In this document: positions 52,788-64,000 of the stretch, piece by piece | Position numbering within the stretch: the stretch's first letter is position 1 | How the letters are laid out: the number at the start of each line of letters is the position of its first letter | Source of the DNA: Macrostomum lignano | Lineage: Eukaryota | DNA: 64,000 nucleotides | Direction: 5' to 3' | NCBI GenBank assembly: GCA_002269645.1 | Contig: NIVC01000326.1 | Coordinates: 186,001-250,000 of the forward strand | Notes under the pieces: model-generated | The model's input: the letters and a program-made list of their open reading frames with translations, nothing else | The model's database searches: none | Told to the model about the DNA's origin: nothing | Program-made: the position numbers and the translations under genes

Positions 52788-54795
52788 ATAATAACATGTA
52801 TTTTCCTTATAAAAAAAACTTATAATTTAACAGGGGGTGCACACTCTATATGCCTCCTTAAATCTACCATTAGTACATAGCTTGATAGCTATGTAAGTTT
52901 ATAAAATATATTTATATAATTGATATATCATTAATAATTTTTTGTTCATTTCTCTGAATTTTATTTAGTAAAGTCTAGTAATATAGATTCTAGGCTTTAA
53001 TCCAATTTGAATATAATAAATTTTTAATTAAACAATTTTACACTTAAATATTATATTCTCATTTTAGCACCACAGGCACTCATGAGTCATTTAGGAGGCA
53101 CTATATTTTGGTACCCTAAGGAAAAATTCTTGTTTAATACAATGAGTCACAAGGTGAGGTGGGGGGGGGGGACAAAACATTGGCATGTCCCCCCATAGCT
53201 TTTACTGGGTGGGGGAGACAAAGCATTGAATTGGCATGTCCATCCAATGTCCCCTCTTCCTCTTTCCCTAGTAGCAATGTGCCTGCTCATTGCTCATGGC
53301 CCATGGGGAATATATTCACGATTTTTGGTGCCTGTGCTTTTTGTTGCCCAGCATTTTGGTGCACCAGCTTGCTTTTCAGTGTTTTTAATTATAATTTTGA
53401 ATTGGACACAAAAATATAGAAAGTCAAAAGTGAGCCCAAATAATATTTAAGGGTCCCTGGGCATTTCAATGACAAGACATTTCAGTGAGAGTTTTTTTGG
53501 TGACAATTTAATTTTGGAGGTTTCGGTGACAAGTTTAGACTATTCGGTGACACATTTTAAAAAATGAAAGTTAATTTTGTCTGTAAGATAATATATAGGG
53601 CCCTACTCATGAACAAGAGACAAGAGTTAATAGGCCTAGGGCCAACTCAAAACTTAAGTAAGTGCTTTGACTTTGCAATACTTATTTACTTAAAAATACA
53701 TTTTCACTCATTTTTATTGAGGTTCATAAAACAAAACAGAATAAAATCACATCGCGGGTCGAAAGAATGCCGATTTTTTAATTTAAGGATCGGGGCAGGC
53801 CGCAGGCGATGAGATCAATAGGAAATGACAATTCAATTCAATGTTGTAAAAACGATGATTACTTTTCTTAGAAACAAAGTATTTATTTATTTTCATAAAA
53901 GTGCACCATCCAGGCTAGATTATTTCTTATTAAAAAATTTCAAAACGCATGTTAATTTTATATTTTTTTTTAAAAGCAAGTTACATGGGAGACTGTGTTT
54001 AACTATGTATTTTTTTTAATGTAAAAAAATTCACAAGAACTGCGCGCGCGCGCGCGCGCTTCTCGAGATCTGCATGAAACTCAATCATTTTAGCTTTTCC
54101 TGAAGCTGGAAATCAAAAGAAATTTCTAAGCTCTACACTCTACAGTGGAAAATTGTTTCTAAGCGTCAGAATCACACTGCTATTTTGCATTTTGGGTCTA
54201 AATTTAGGATGCCGAGTTGAAAATCACAATGCCATCAATTGAATTTGAATAGGGGAATAGTATCAGTCAAAAAATCTAAATAAAAAAACACAATGTAATG
54301 TCACTGACTCACTATCTACCCTCTAAACAAAGTTCAGAGACTTTCCCTCTCGTATGCATAGATGTTGCAAAAATTTGCAGATTACTTATAGGCCCTAGTT
54401 AACTGGAATTTAGCAATTTGATAGACAGCTTGAAGCTTCAATAATCCTTCCTTAGGCTAGGCCTAGCTTTAGCCTAGGCCTATCAGTAGGGCCTATCAAT
54501 GATAAAAGACAAAAGTTAAGATAGGCCTTGCCATTGTGGGTAGCTGAAATTATTATTAATTATAGTAAATATAAAAATTAAATGTAAAATAAAATTGTAG
54601 GCTATAGCCATCTTGAATTGAAAAGTAAAATACCATGTTGGCTTTTGGCTTTCCTTTTTAAATATAATCAGGATAGGCCTAGCCCTAGCCTACTTTTAAT
54701 AGAGTATTGAGTATTAAGGCCTATATAAGTTATGGGCATGGCTTCTGTGCTGTGTCTATAATGTTAGAAAATGCTAGGCATGTGTTCATAAAAAA

Positions 54796-55111
54796 TGGCG
54801 CTCTATCATCGCGCCGGCCTGGCCCGTCCTAGCAATCTGCTGCGCCATCGGCGACTCCAGCTGGCAGGCCACATCATCCGCGCCAAGGCCTACTGTCCGG
54901 AGCCGATGCAGGAGGTGCTGCTACTTACGTTGCAGGCACCCTACCGGCGGGGACAGGCGAGGACTCGGCGCTACGTCAACTGTCTACTGGCTGACGCCGG
55001 CGCCCCGGACTCTGCCGGCGGTGCGGCTTTTGTTTGCGCCCAAGCTTTGAAGCGTGCCATCTGACGCTGCTTTTGTGAACTGGCAGCGTACTCTGTTGTT
55101 GTTGTCTGTTG
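54796..55111 (+). mobile_element. 5'-truncated RTE-clade LINE 3' end with (TTG)n tail and 10-bp TSD
   Basis: LYHR...LLRHRRLQLAGHIIR...RRGQARTRRYVNCLLAD matches RTE C-termini. TSD TCATAAAAAA at 54786-54795 and 55112-55121. Confidence 0.8.
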
Positions 55112-56628
55112 TCATAAAAAAGAGTTAGTTGTTATATTTCTAGTGTTAAAAATAGGCCTAGGACTAAAAAGGCTAGATTCTATATTAGAGATATTGGTAT
55201 GACCATCCTTTATCTATTTATGGTTTTATATCTCTAAGTCTAAGTGTAAACTTATTCATATATTTTTTATTTTATTATATTATTTGACAACTTTTGCTAA
55301 AAATTTGATAAAAAACTTTTAATGCCTAAAATATCTACATTTTGCTGCATGCTTCTCCTAAATTTCATAACTGGAAAATATAGCCTCTTTAAGGCCTAAA
55401 TTTCATAAGGCTTAAAAATCTATCCTTTTTTCATATCACCAAAATTTCATAATAGGCAATAGCTAAATTTTACTTATATTCAATTTATATTTAGTAGTTC
55501 TATATTTAGATTTTGTTATTCTAATTATTAGGCCCTAGGCCTACCACCTACCTAAAAGTAAATATAAAGAAGTGTAGAGATTTTAGGAGTTATAGAATTT
55601 AGATGTTATAAAATTTTGGCAATATAAAAAGCCATATACTAAAGTGGCCATAGCCTATAGGTATATATAGCTCTAAATTTGCTTATGCAAAAGAGGTAAC
55701 TTTTAACTTCTTTAAATTATTATTATTTATTCTATTTTTAGGGTATAGAGAAGAGTCAGAGGACTATCTTGACGTTTTTCAATTTTTAAATGATTACTTT
55801 GACTAGGCCCCCTATAATTAACTATAATCACTAATAATAGGCCCAATGTTATATTTTGGCTACAATTCAAAAGCTATCCTAGAAAGCTAAACTTGATAAT
55901 TTAGCAAATAAGATATAAAGATTAAGATAAAAAGAATTGATAAGAAAAATAAAGAGAATTTCTACTCCTATAGCCCACCCTACCTTTTTCCCTTCAAAGC
56001 AATAAAAAATGGATTTGCCTTGTGGCAATGGCAACCTTGGTTTATCACCTATGAAAGAAGCTACATTTTTGGTTTTAGACTTTATAATAACATTTAAGCA
56101 ATAGGAAAAGGCCTGTCAACTTAAGCTCATGAAGCCCAAGTAACCTATATATATAAATGATGTCATTCTATTCACAATAACACTAAGAAGCTGGGTTTGG
56201 CAAGTGACAAAAATTGGACTTTGGATAGACAAGAAAAAGCAAGGTGATAGTTATACAGATTCTATTTTATGAGCTCAAGTTAACATAATAGTACCTAATT
56301 ATCCCTTTGCTTGTTCTCCCAAGTATAATATTTGTTGGGAGATTTTTGGTGGCCAAATAAACTTTATTGCGAAACTTTATATTTCACTGATTTTAGTGAT
56401 ACTTTTCTTTGAGATAAGAAAGAAAATAAATTGATTTTCTAATTGAAGCCAATTAAAATGCTAAGTATCTATAATGCTAAATGCACTCTTCAGTTTTTTC
56501 ATACATGCTCAACCTCTAAAATTCGGTCGGCCATGCGACTGAGTTTTAACAAAAATGCGACATAGTTTTTGGCCAAAAATGCAACTTACATGTAAAAAAA
56601 CCCTAAAGCAAAATTAACGCAACTTTGA

Positions 56629-56690
56629 GTAAACAGCAGGAGTAACTATGACTGTCTTATTAAGCCAAAATGCCTCATCAGCTACTTAGT
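56629..56690 (+). pseudogene. Degenerate 28S rRNA fragment (R2 / I-PpoI target region), copy a
   Basis: GTAAACAGCAGGAGTAACTATGACTGTCTTATTAAGCCAAAATGCCTCATCAGCTACTTAGT aligns to the recalled conserved LSU sequence GTAAACGGCGGGAGTAACTATGACTCTCTTAAGGTAGCCAAATGCCTCGTCATCTAATTAGT. Confidence 0.75.
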
Positions 56691-57053
56691 ACTACTACTT
56701 GGGTGTTTTTTGGGTGGGCATTTTTGCAACTTCCTTGGTTGGCCACCAAATCGGTTGGCCAGATTGGCCAACTCGGCCAACTGTTGCGCATGTATGAGTT
56801 GTTTCTAACTGCTTAGTGCTTTACAAGTTAGAAATCTCAGATAAAAAAGAAATTTCAGAACAGACCTATGGATTAACCCTTATGATTATTTGTGTGAGCT
56901 CTGTGGCCATTTTAATATAAATATCATATTTTTCAATTCTATTTGTTGCATACATGTGCAACCCACTGATTTACACAGGCAGTGCTACTTACTTTTTTAC
57001 CAAAAATTTGACTTGCCTATAAACAACATAAGCAGGCAATAATTTAATTTTGT

Positions 57054-57115
57054 GTAAACAGTAGAAGTAACTATGACTCTATTATTAGGGCTAAATGCCT
57101 CGACATCTAATTAGT
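57054..57115 (+). pseudogene. Degenerate 28S rRNA fragment, copy b
   Basis: GTAAACAGTAGAAGTAACTATGACTCTATTATTAGGGCTAAATGCCTCGACATCTAATTAGT matches the same LSU segment. Confidence 0.75.
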
Positions 57116-57319
57116 AATCAATCTATTTTGGGTGGGCATTTTTGCAACTTAACCTTGGCTGGGCTGGGTTAACCATGTGTATGGTTTGTTATTACTAATT
57201 AATGTTTACGTTAGACTACTGCTCCTGTGTGTTATGTCTGTAAGTAGTATAATGGGCAACTATAATTCCCAGCAGTAATATATCGGTCCCCACTGCCCGC
57301 AGCCAAACACTCACCAGCC

Positions 57320-60300
57320 ATGTCCAGCGGCAACGTGGCTGTTGGCGAAGGCTCCGCCTCTTCCAACTCAAAATCCTCCAAGACTTCCTCCGAGCAGAAC
57401 AATTCAGCTGTGCAGCAGCCTGGCAGTGGCCGGACCGCCACCACCTGCGTGCTGCGGATGCGCGGCCTGCCCTATGACGCCACACCGGCCGACGTCGTGG
57501 CCTTCTTTGCCGACTGCCCGCTGCGCGGCGGCGAGTCCGGCGTCCACCTGTCGCGGGACAAGGCCGGCCGCCCCTCCGGCGAGGGCTACGCCGAATTCGA
57601 GTCGGTTGAGGCGGCCAACTCGGGCCTGCGGCTGCACAGGCAGAACATGGGCCGGCGCTACATCGAGCTGTTCCCATCTAGCGAGTCGGAGATGCGGGTG
57701 ACGCCGCTGCGGGAGCCGGTGCTCAGAATGCGCGGCCTGCCGTTCACCGCCGACTTCGGAGCCATTAGAGACTTCTTTGAGGTTGGTTGCGGACTCGCAC
57801 ACAGCAATCAGTTGTATTATCGTTTGAAATCCCGGCCTTATTAATATCTGTTTCTGATAATTTGCAACTATTGTTTATAGAACACGGCAAATCGCCCTTG
57901 AATCTACCACAAAATCGCCCCTAAATCCACCACAAAATCGCCCTAAAATCCACCACGAAATCGCCCCTAAATCAATCACAAAATCGCCACAAAACCAGCA
58001 CAAAATCGCCTTAAAATCCACTACGAAATCGCCCCCTGAATCCAGCACGAAATCGCGCTAAATACGCCATGAAATCGCCTCCAATTCCTTCGCATTGCCC
58101 ATCATCGCAGGACGATCGCATCGTGAAGGAGGGCATCCTGATGGTGTACAACGAGTCCGGCAAGCCCTCAGGCGAGGCCTATGTCCAATTCGGCAGTCCT
58201 GAAGCGGCGGCCCGCGCCATGGCGAAGCACAACAGGCAGAACATGGGCCACCGCTACATCGAGCTGTTCCCCAGCTCCATGGCCGAGGCCTATGCCGAGG
58301 GAAACAGGCAGAGATGCATGCGGCAGGCCTACCAGCATGGCGGTGAGCGCAACAGTCCAAGCTACCGCCTGAGTCCCACACTCGCTCGCACTCTTGCATT
58401 CCACCGATCTCACTCCCTCATACTCAATCTCTATAATACAGTCCTTTTTCATCCCATCCAATACAACTCACGCCATCTCGCTTTCACCCAATGCCACTGT
58501 CACCCCATCCCACTGTCACCCAATGTCACTATCACCCAATGCCACTGTCACCCAATCCCACTGTCACCCAATGCCACTGTCACACAATGCCACTGTCACC
58601 CAATCCCACTGTCACCCAATGCCACTGTCACCCCATCCCACTGTCACACAATGCCACTGTCACCCCATCCCACTGTCACACAATGCCACTGTCACCCAAT
58701 CCCACTGTCACCCAATGCCACTGTCACCCCATCCCACTGTCACACAATGCCACTGTCACCCCATCCCACTGTCACACAATGCCACTGTCACCCCATCCCA
58801 CTGTCACACAATGCCACTGTCACCCCATCCCACTGTCACACAATGCCACTGTCACCCCATCCCACTGTCACACAATGCCACTGTCACCCAATCCCACTGT
58901 CACCCAATGCCACTGTCACCCCATCCCACTGTCACACAATGCCACTGTCACCCCATCCCACTGTCACCCCATCCCACTGTCACCCAATCCCACTGTCACC
59001 CAATGCCACTGTCACCCAATCCTACTGTCACCCAATGTCACTGTCACCCAATGCCACTGTCACCCCATCCCACTGTCACCCAATGCCACTGTCACCCAAT
59101 GCCACTATCACCCAATGTCACTGTCACCCAATCCCACTGTCACCCAATGCCACTGTCACCCAATGCCACTGTCACCCCATCCCACTGTCACCCACTGTCA
59201 CCCAATGCCACTGTCACCCAATGTCACTGTCACCCAATGTCACTGTCACCCAATCCCACTGTCACCCAATGTCACTGTCACCCAATCCCACTGTCACCCA
59301 ATGCCGCTGTCACCCCATCCCACTGTCACACAATGCCACTGTCACCCCATCCCACTGTCACACAATGCCACTGTCACCCCATCCCACTGTCACACAATGC
59401 CACTGTCACCCCATCCCACTGTCACACAATGCCACTGTCACCCAATCCCACTGTCACCCAATGCCACTGTCACCCCATCCCACTGTCACACAATGCCACT
59501 GTCACCCCATCCCACTGTCACACAATGTCACTGTCACCCAATGCCACTGTCACACAATGTCACTGTCACCCCATCCCACTGTCACACAATGCCACTGTCA
59601 CCCAATCCCACTGTCACCCAATGCCACTGTCACCCAATCCTACTGTCACCCAATGCCACTGTCACCCAATGCCACTGTCACACAATGCCACTGTCACACA
59701 ATGCCACTGTCACCCAATCCCACTGTCACCCAATGCCACTGTCACCCCATCCCACTGTCACACAATGCCACTGTCACCCAATCCCACTGTCACCCAATGC
59801 CACTGTCACCCAATCCTACTGTCACCCAATGCCACTGTCACACAATGCCACTGTCACACAATGCCACTGTCACACAATGCCACTGTCACCCCATCCTGCT
59901 CACCCCATTTCACTCTGACCCGCAGGCTACGGTGGCTACGGAGACTTTTATCCGCCTCATCAGCCGGGCGGTCCGGGCCAGCATCCCGGCTTTCACCCCG
60001 GCCGCGGCGGCGCACGCGGCGTCGGCGGTCTCGGAGCGCGCGGCGGCCGCGGCGCCGGCCCTGGCTTTGGCTACGGCGCCGGTCGCGGCGGCCACCCCGG
60101 AGGCCGCTGGCAGCCTCAACACCATCCCCCTGGCGGTGGCTACAGCTACCCGCCGCCGCCGTTCCCGCAGCATCCGCAGCAGCGCAACTTCAACTATCAT
60201 CCTCACGGAGGCGTGCCAGGTGGCGGCTTCCACGGTCAGTTCTATCAGCAGCCGCACGGATACCCCCGCCAGTTTCACAGGCTGCCGCATCAGCAGCATC

Positions 60301-62999
60301 AGCAGAAGAACTACCGCCCAGGTGAGCTCTGATGCTCTGGACTGTTTAGGGTTGCCAGGCTGCTTGCTGTGTAGGAGGGATTTGTGTACAGCTTGTACAG
60401 AGCTGAGTATGGCTGAGTACAGCTTGTACAGAGCTGAGTATGGCTGAGTACAGCCTGTACAGAGCTGAGTATGGCTGAGTACAGCTTGTACAGAGCTGAG
60501 ACCTGAGTTAGACTGAGTACAGCTTGTACAGAGCTGAGACCTGAGTATGGCTGAGTACAGCTTTTACAGAGCTGAGACCTGAGTATGGCTGAGTACAGCT
60601 TGTACAGAGCTGAGTATGGCTGAGTACAGCTTGTACAGAGCTGAGACCTGAGTATGGCTGAGTACAGCTTGTACAGAGCTGAGACCTGAGTATGGCTGAG
60701 TACAGCTTGTACAGAGCTGAGTACAGCTTGTACAGAGCTGAGTACAGCTTGTACAGAGCTGAGTACAGCTTGTACAGAGCTGAGACCTGAGTATGGCTGA
60801 GTACAGCTTGTACAGAGCTGAGTACAGCTTGTACAGAGCTGAGTACAGCTTGTACAGAGCTGAGTACAGCTTGTACAGAGCTGAGTACAGCTTGTACAGA
60901 GCTGAGTACAGCTTGTACAGAGCTGAGTACAGCTTGTACAGAGCTGAGTACAGCTTGTACAGAGCTGAGTACAGCTTGTACAGAGCTGAGTACAGCTTGT
61001 ACAGAGCTGAGTATGGCTGAGTACAGCTTGTACAGAGCTGAGACCTGAGTATGGCTGAGTACAGCTTGTACAGAGCTGAGACCTGAGTTAGACTGAGTAC
61101 AACTTGTACAGAGCTGAGACCTGAGTATGGCTGAGTACAGCTTGTACAGAGCTGAGTAGTATGGCTGAGTACAGCTTGTACAGAGCTGAGTATGGCTGAG
61201 TACAGCTTGTACAGAGCTGAGACCTGAGTATGGCTGCGTACAGCTTGTACAGAGCTGAGTCCTGAGTATGGCTGAGTACAGCTTGTACAGACCTGAGTAT
61301 GGCTAAGTACAGCTTGTACAGAGCTGAGTATGGCTGAGTACAGCTTGTACAGAGCTGAGACCTGAGTATGGCTGAGTACAGCTTGTACAGAGCTGAGACC
61401 TGAGTTAGACTGAGTACAACTTGTACAGAGCTGAGACCTGAGTATGGCTGAGTACAGCTTGTACAGAGCTGAGTAGTATGGCTGAGTACAGCTTGTACAG
61501 AGCTGAGTATGGCTGAGTACAGCTTGTACAGAGCTGAGACCTGAGTATGGCTGCGTACAGCTTGTACAGAGCTGAGTCCTGAGTATGGCTGAGTACAGCT
61601 TGTACAGACCTGAGTATGGCTAAGTACAGCTTGTACAGAGCTGAGTATGGCTGAGTACAGCTTGTACAGAGCTGAGACTTATCGATGCAATTGATTCTGT
61701 TCAAAACAGAAACCATTTAAAATTCTGTGATTTAGAAATCACACCGTTAGTTTAATAAAAGCCCTGTTTTGTCTTTTAAGTGCTGAACTGATAGAAAATT
61801 CCTATCTCGCTAAAGCATTTTACATGTCAACCTCTTTCTTACTACTTGTTAACTACTTACCACTCTCAGGCTCGAACTGGCAGTCTAGCACGGGTCACTG
61901 GGTGCACCTGCGCGGCCTGCCATTCTCCGTCACGGTAGCCGAGGTCACCGACTTCTTCGCCCCGCTGAAGCCCAGCCGGGTGCAGCTGCACTTTAACCGG
62001 GCCGGCCGGCCTAACGGCGAGGCCGACGTGGACTTTGGCAGCGCTCAGGAAGCTGAGGAGGCGATGAAGCGGGACAAGGCCCATATCGGGTCGCGCTACA
62101 TCGACCTGTTCCTGCACCCCGACAAGGCTGATGCGGCTAAACGGCAGAACGGCGTGCGGCTGCGCGGCCTTCCCGACGGCGTCACTGAGGCCGACATTAA
62201 GCAATTCTTCCAGCCCAGCGTGCCGGCCAGGATCTGCCTGCAGGCCGGCGGCGAGGCCGAGGCCTTCTTTGACAGCGCCGAGGACCAGCAGCGGGCGATC
62301 ACTCTCAGTGGCGAGAAAATCGGTGAGATTGATGAAGATACCGGTTTGGGGAGACTGGATGGGAGATAAGGATAATTGGGGAGACTGGATGGGAAATGGG
62401 ATGATTGGGGACTGGAAAAGATGGGGGTAATTGGGGAGACTAAAGGGGAGATGAGGATAAATGAAAAACTGTGGGGAGATGGGGAGACTGTGTGGGAGAT
62501 AAGGATAATTGGGGAGACTGGGTGGGAGATGAGGATAATTGGGGAGACTGGGTGGGAGATGAGGATAATTGGGGAGACTGGGTGGGAGATAAGGATAATT
62601 GGGGAGACTGGGTGGGAGATAAGGATAATTGGGGAGACTGGGTGGGAGATGAGGATAATTGGGGAGACTGGGTAGGAGATAAGGATAATTGGGGAGACTG
62701 GGTGGGAGATAAGGATAATTGGGGAGACTGGGTAGGAGATAAGGATAATTGGGGAGACTGGGTGGGAGATGAGGATAATTGGGGAGACTGGGTGGGAGAT
62801 GAGGATAATTGGGGAGACTGGGTGGGAGATGGGGATAATTGGGAAGACTGGAGGGGAGATAGGGATAATTAGGTAGACTGGAGGGGAGATGAGGATAATT
62901 GGGGAGACTGAGCGAAGGATAATTGGGGAGACTCACAGCTGCAGCCGCCGCCCCACCGCAATTCCAGGCGAGCGCTGCATCAATGTCTTCCTGCGGTGA
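57320..62999 (+). CDS. HNRNPF/H: hnRNP F/H-family RNA-binding protein, 524 aa, four qRRMs plus G/Y/RGG-rich linker, 5 coding exons
   Basis: Exons 57320-57781, 58111-58342, 59926-60321, 61870-62322, 62968-62999 (1575 nt, phases consistent). Motifs VLRMRGLPY, PSGEGYAEF, MGRRYIELF, PSGEAYVQF, MGHRYIELF, STGHWVHLRGLPF, NGEADVDF...IGSRYIDLF. Confidence 0.88.
57895..58090. repeat. hnRNP intron 1 ~23-mer array (AAATCGCCCCTAAATCCACCACA-like)
   Basis: Seen directly. Confidence 0.85.
58485..59900. repeat. hnRNP intron 2 16-mer array (CACTGTCACCCAATGC / CACTGTCACCCCATCC)n
   Basis: Seen directly. Confidence 0.97.
60380..61675. repeat. hnRNP intron 3 21-mer-based array (GAGTACAGCTTGTACAGAGCT)n with higher-order variants
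   Basis: Seen directly. Confidence 0.97.
62345..62935. repeat. hnRNP intron 4 G-tract 30-mer array (GGGTGGGAGATRAGGATAATTGGGGAGACT)n
   Basis: Seen directly. Confidence 0.97.
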
Positions 63000-64000
63000 G
63001 CTGCCAGCCAGCTCAGTGCGTGCTCATTTCCCCGTTTAGTTTTTGTACCAGATTTAGCGCAGACGCCCCTTCTCTCTGCCTCCGCCCCGGCTCTCTTCAT
63101 CACATTTCTTTTCAGGCAAGATTATTTATATGTGTATATTTATAACACTATTCTCGTTAGTAGGAACCCGAATCAAATTACTAATTTCATTATTGCGGTA
63201 TCAATTTCCCACTTTGTTTATAAATGATAACCATTCGGGCCCCAATAAATAGTTGAATGCGTAAAACCTGTGCTCGCTGAAGCCCAGAGCTGCCGTTCTA
63301 TCTGTATATTTCTACCTGCCACTGTTGCTAACCGAACTTGATGCGCTGCATTTCCCAGTCACTCCATTGCCGCCTCCAACAAAGCTGTTTGTTTCATCAA
63401 CTGCTGGTTAATTGATTGGTTTTCATTTGCAGACTAATAACACTGGCATCATTTTGTTATAATTGACGCGTATGTTTAAAATTAATAGGGTAAAAAAGCT
63501 GTGTACTAATCATCAGCTGTCTAATTATGAATTTGTCTAAAGTGCAACATGTACCTGCAAATGCTTGCGTTGAAAATTCTGTATCATAATAAAATATCTG
63601 AGCAAATGTGCTGCCGTGTTCATTCATTAACTTTTTCTTACGGCACCACTGTGTCTGAATGCGGCCCCATTCCTCACTGCTCAGGCCAGGCCCCGACCGC
63701 CCGGATCTCTGTACGCCCCGTCTGGATTAGCGAATTTGCTTTGTCAATAATTTTTTTCTCCTTGCTATTTCCTGTTCATTAAAGCGAATTCAATACTAAC
63801 TCTATATATACTACTGTTAGTAAGTTTACTAGCTTGGGATTCCCGTGTGTTTCTCTTATTTTCATTTTGTTAATATGTATGCGTGCGTCAGTAGTCTGTA
63901 TGGGATATTTATTCAGCCGCGACGCTCTGCTAGAAAGCTTCTCTACATTATTGCATCTGGTTGATAAGCCCAATGCTGCCCGCCTTTGTTTGTCTGGGCC

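Noticed and set aside
58069-62936. 792-, 643-, 475- and 356-aa ORFs over the hnRNP locus
   Set aside because: These are read-through of real exons into intronic arrays, or antisense repeat translations. The spliced model explains the real coding parts.

Overview
Eukaryotic (metazoan) genomic DNA, not prokaryotic: it has spliced genes with GT-AG introns, GC-rich exons and dense minisatellites. This style suggests a free-living flatworm such as Macrostomum (inference, not verified). The left half (1-32.1 kb) is a mosaic of local segmental duplications and nested transposons. It contains Ty3/Gypsy integrase and LTR pieces, four fragments of a DIRS/Ngaro tyrosine-recombinase retrotransposon (SAP-domain Gag) and a near-intact Penelope-like element whose two pseudo-LTRs each carry a minimal hammerhead ribozyme. 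It also holds a truncated LINE, MITEs, CORE-like SINEs and a Polinton protease remnant. Host genes there are four copies (one intact) of a two-LU-domain (Ly6/uPAR-like) GPI-anchored protein gene and a two-exon gene for a secreted cationic-helix plus knottin peptide. The right half has a 9-exon MAGI gene (minus strand) and a 5-exon hnRNP F/H-family gene with four qRRMs (plus strand), arranged head-to-head. Every intron of both genes carries its own minisatellite. The AT-rich spacer between them contains a hAT MITE, an RTE LINE tail and two degenerate 28S rDNA fragments covering the R2 target site. All gene models were spliced and translated by hand; no database searches were run.
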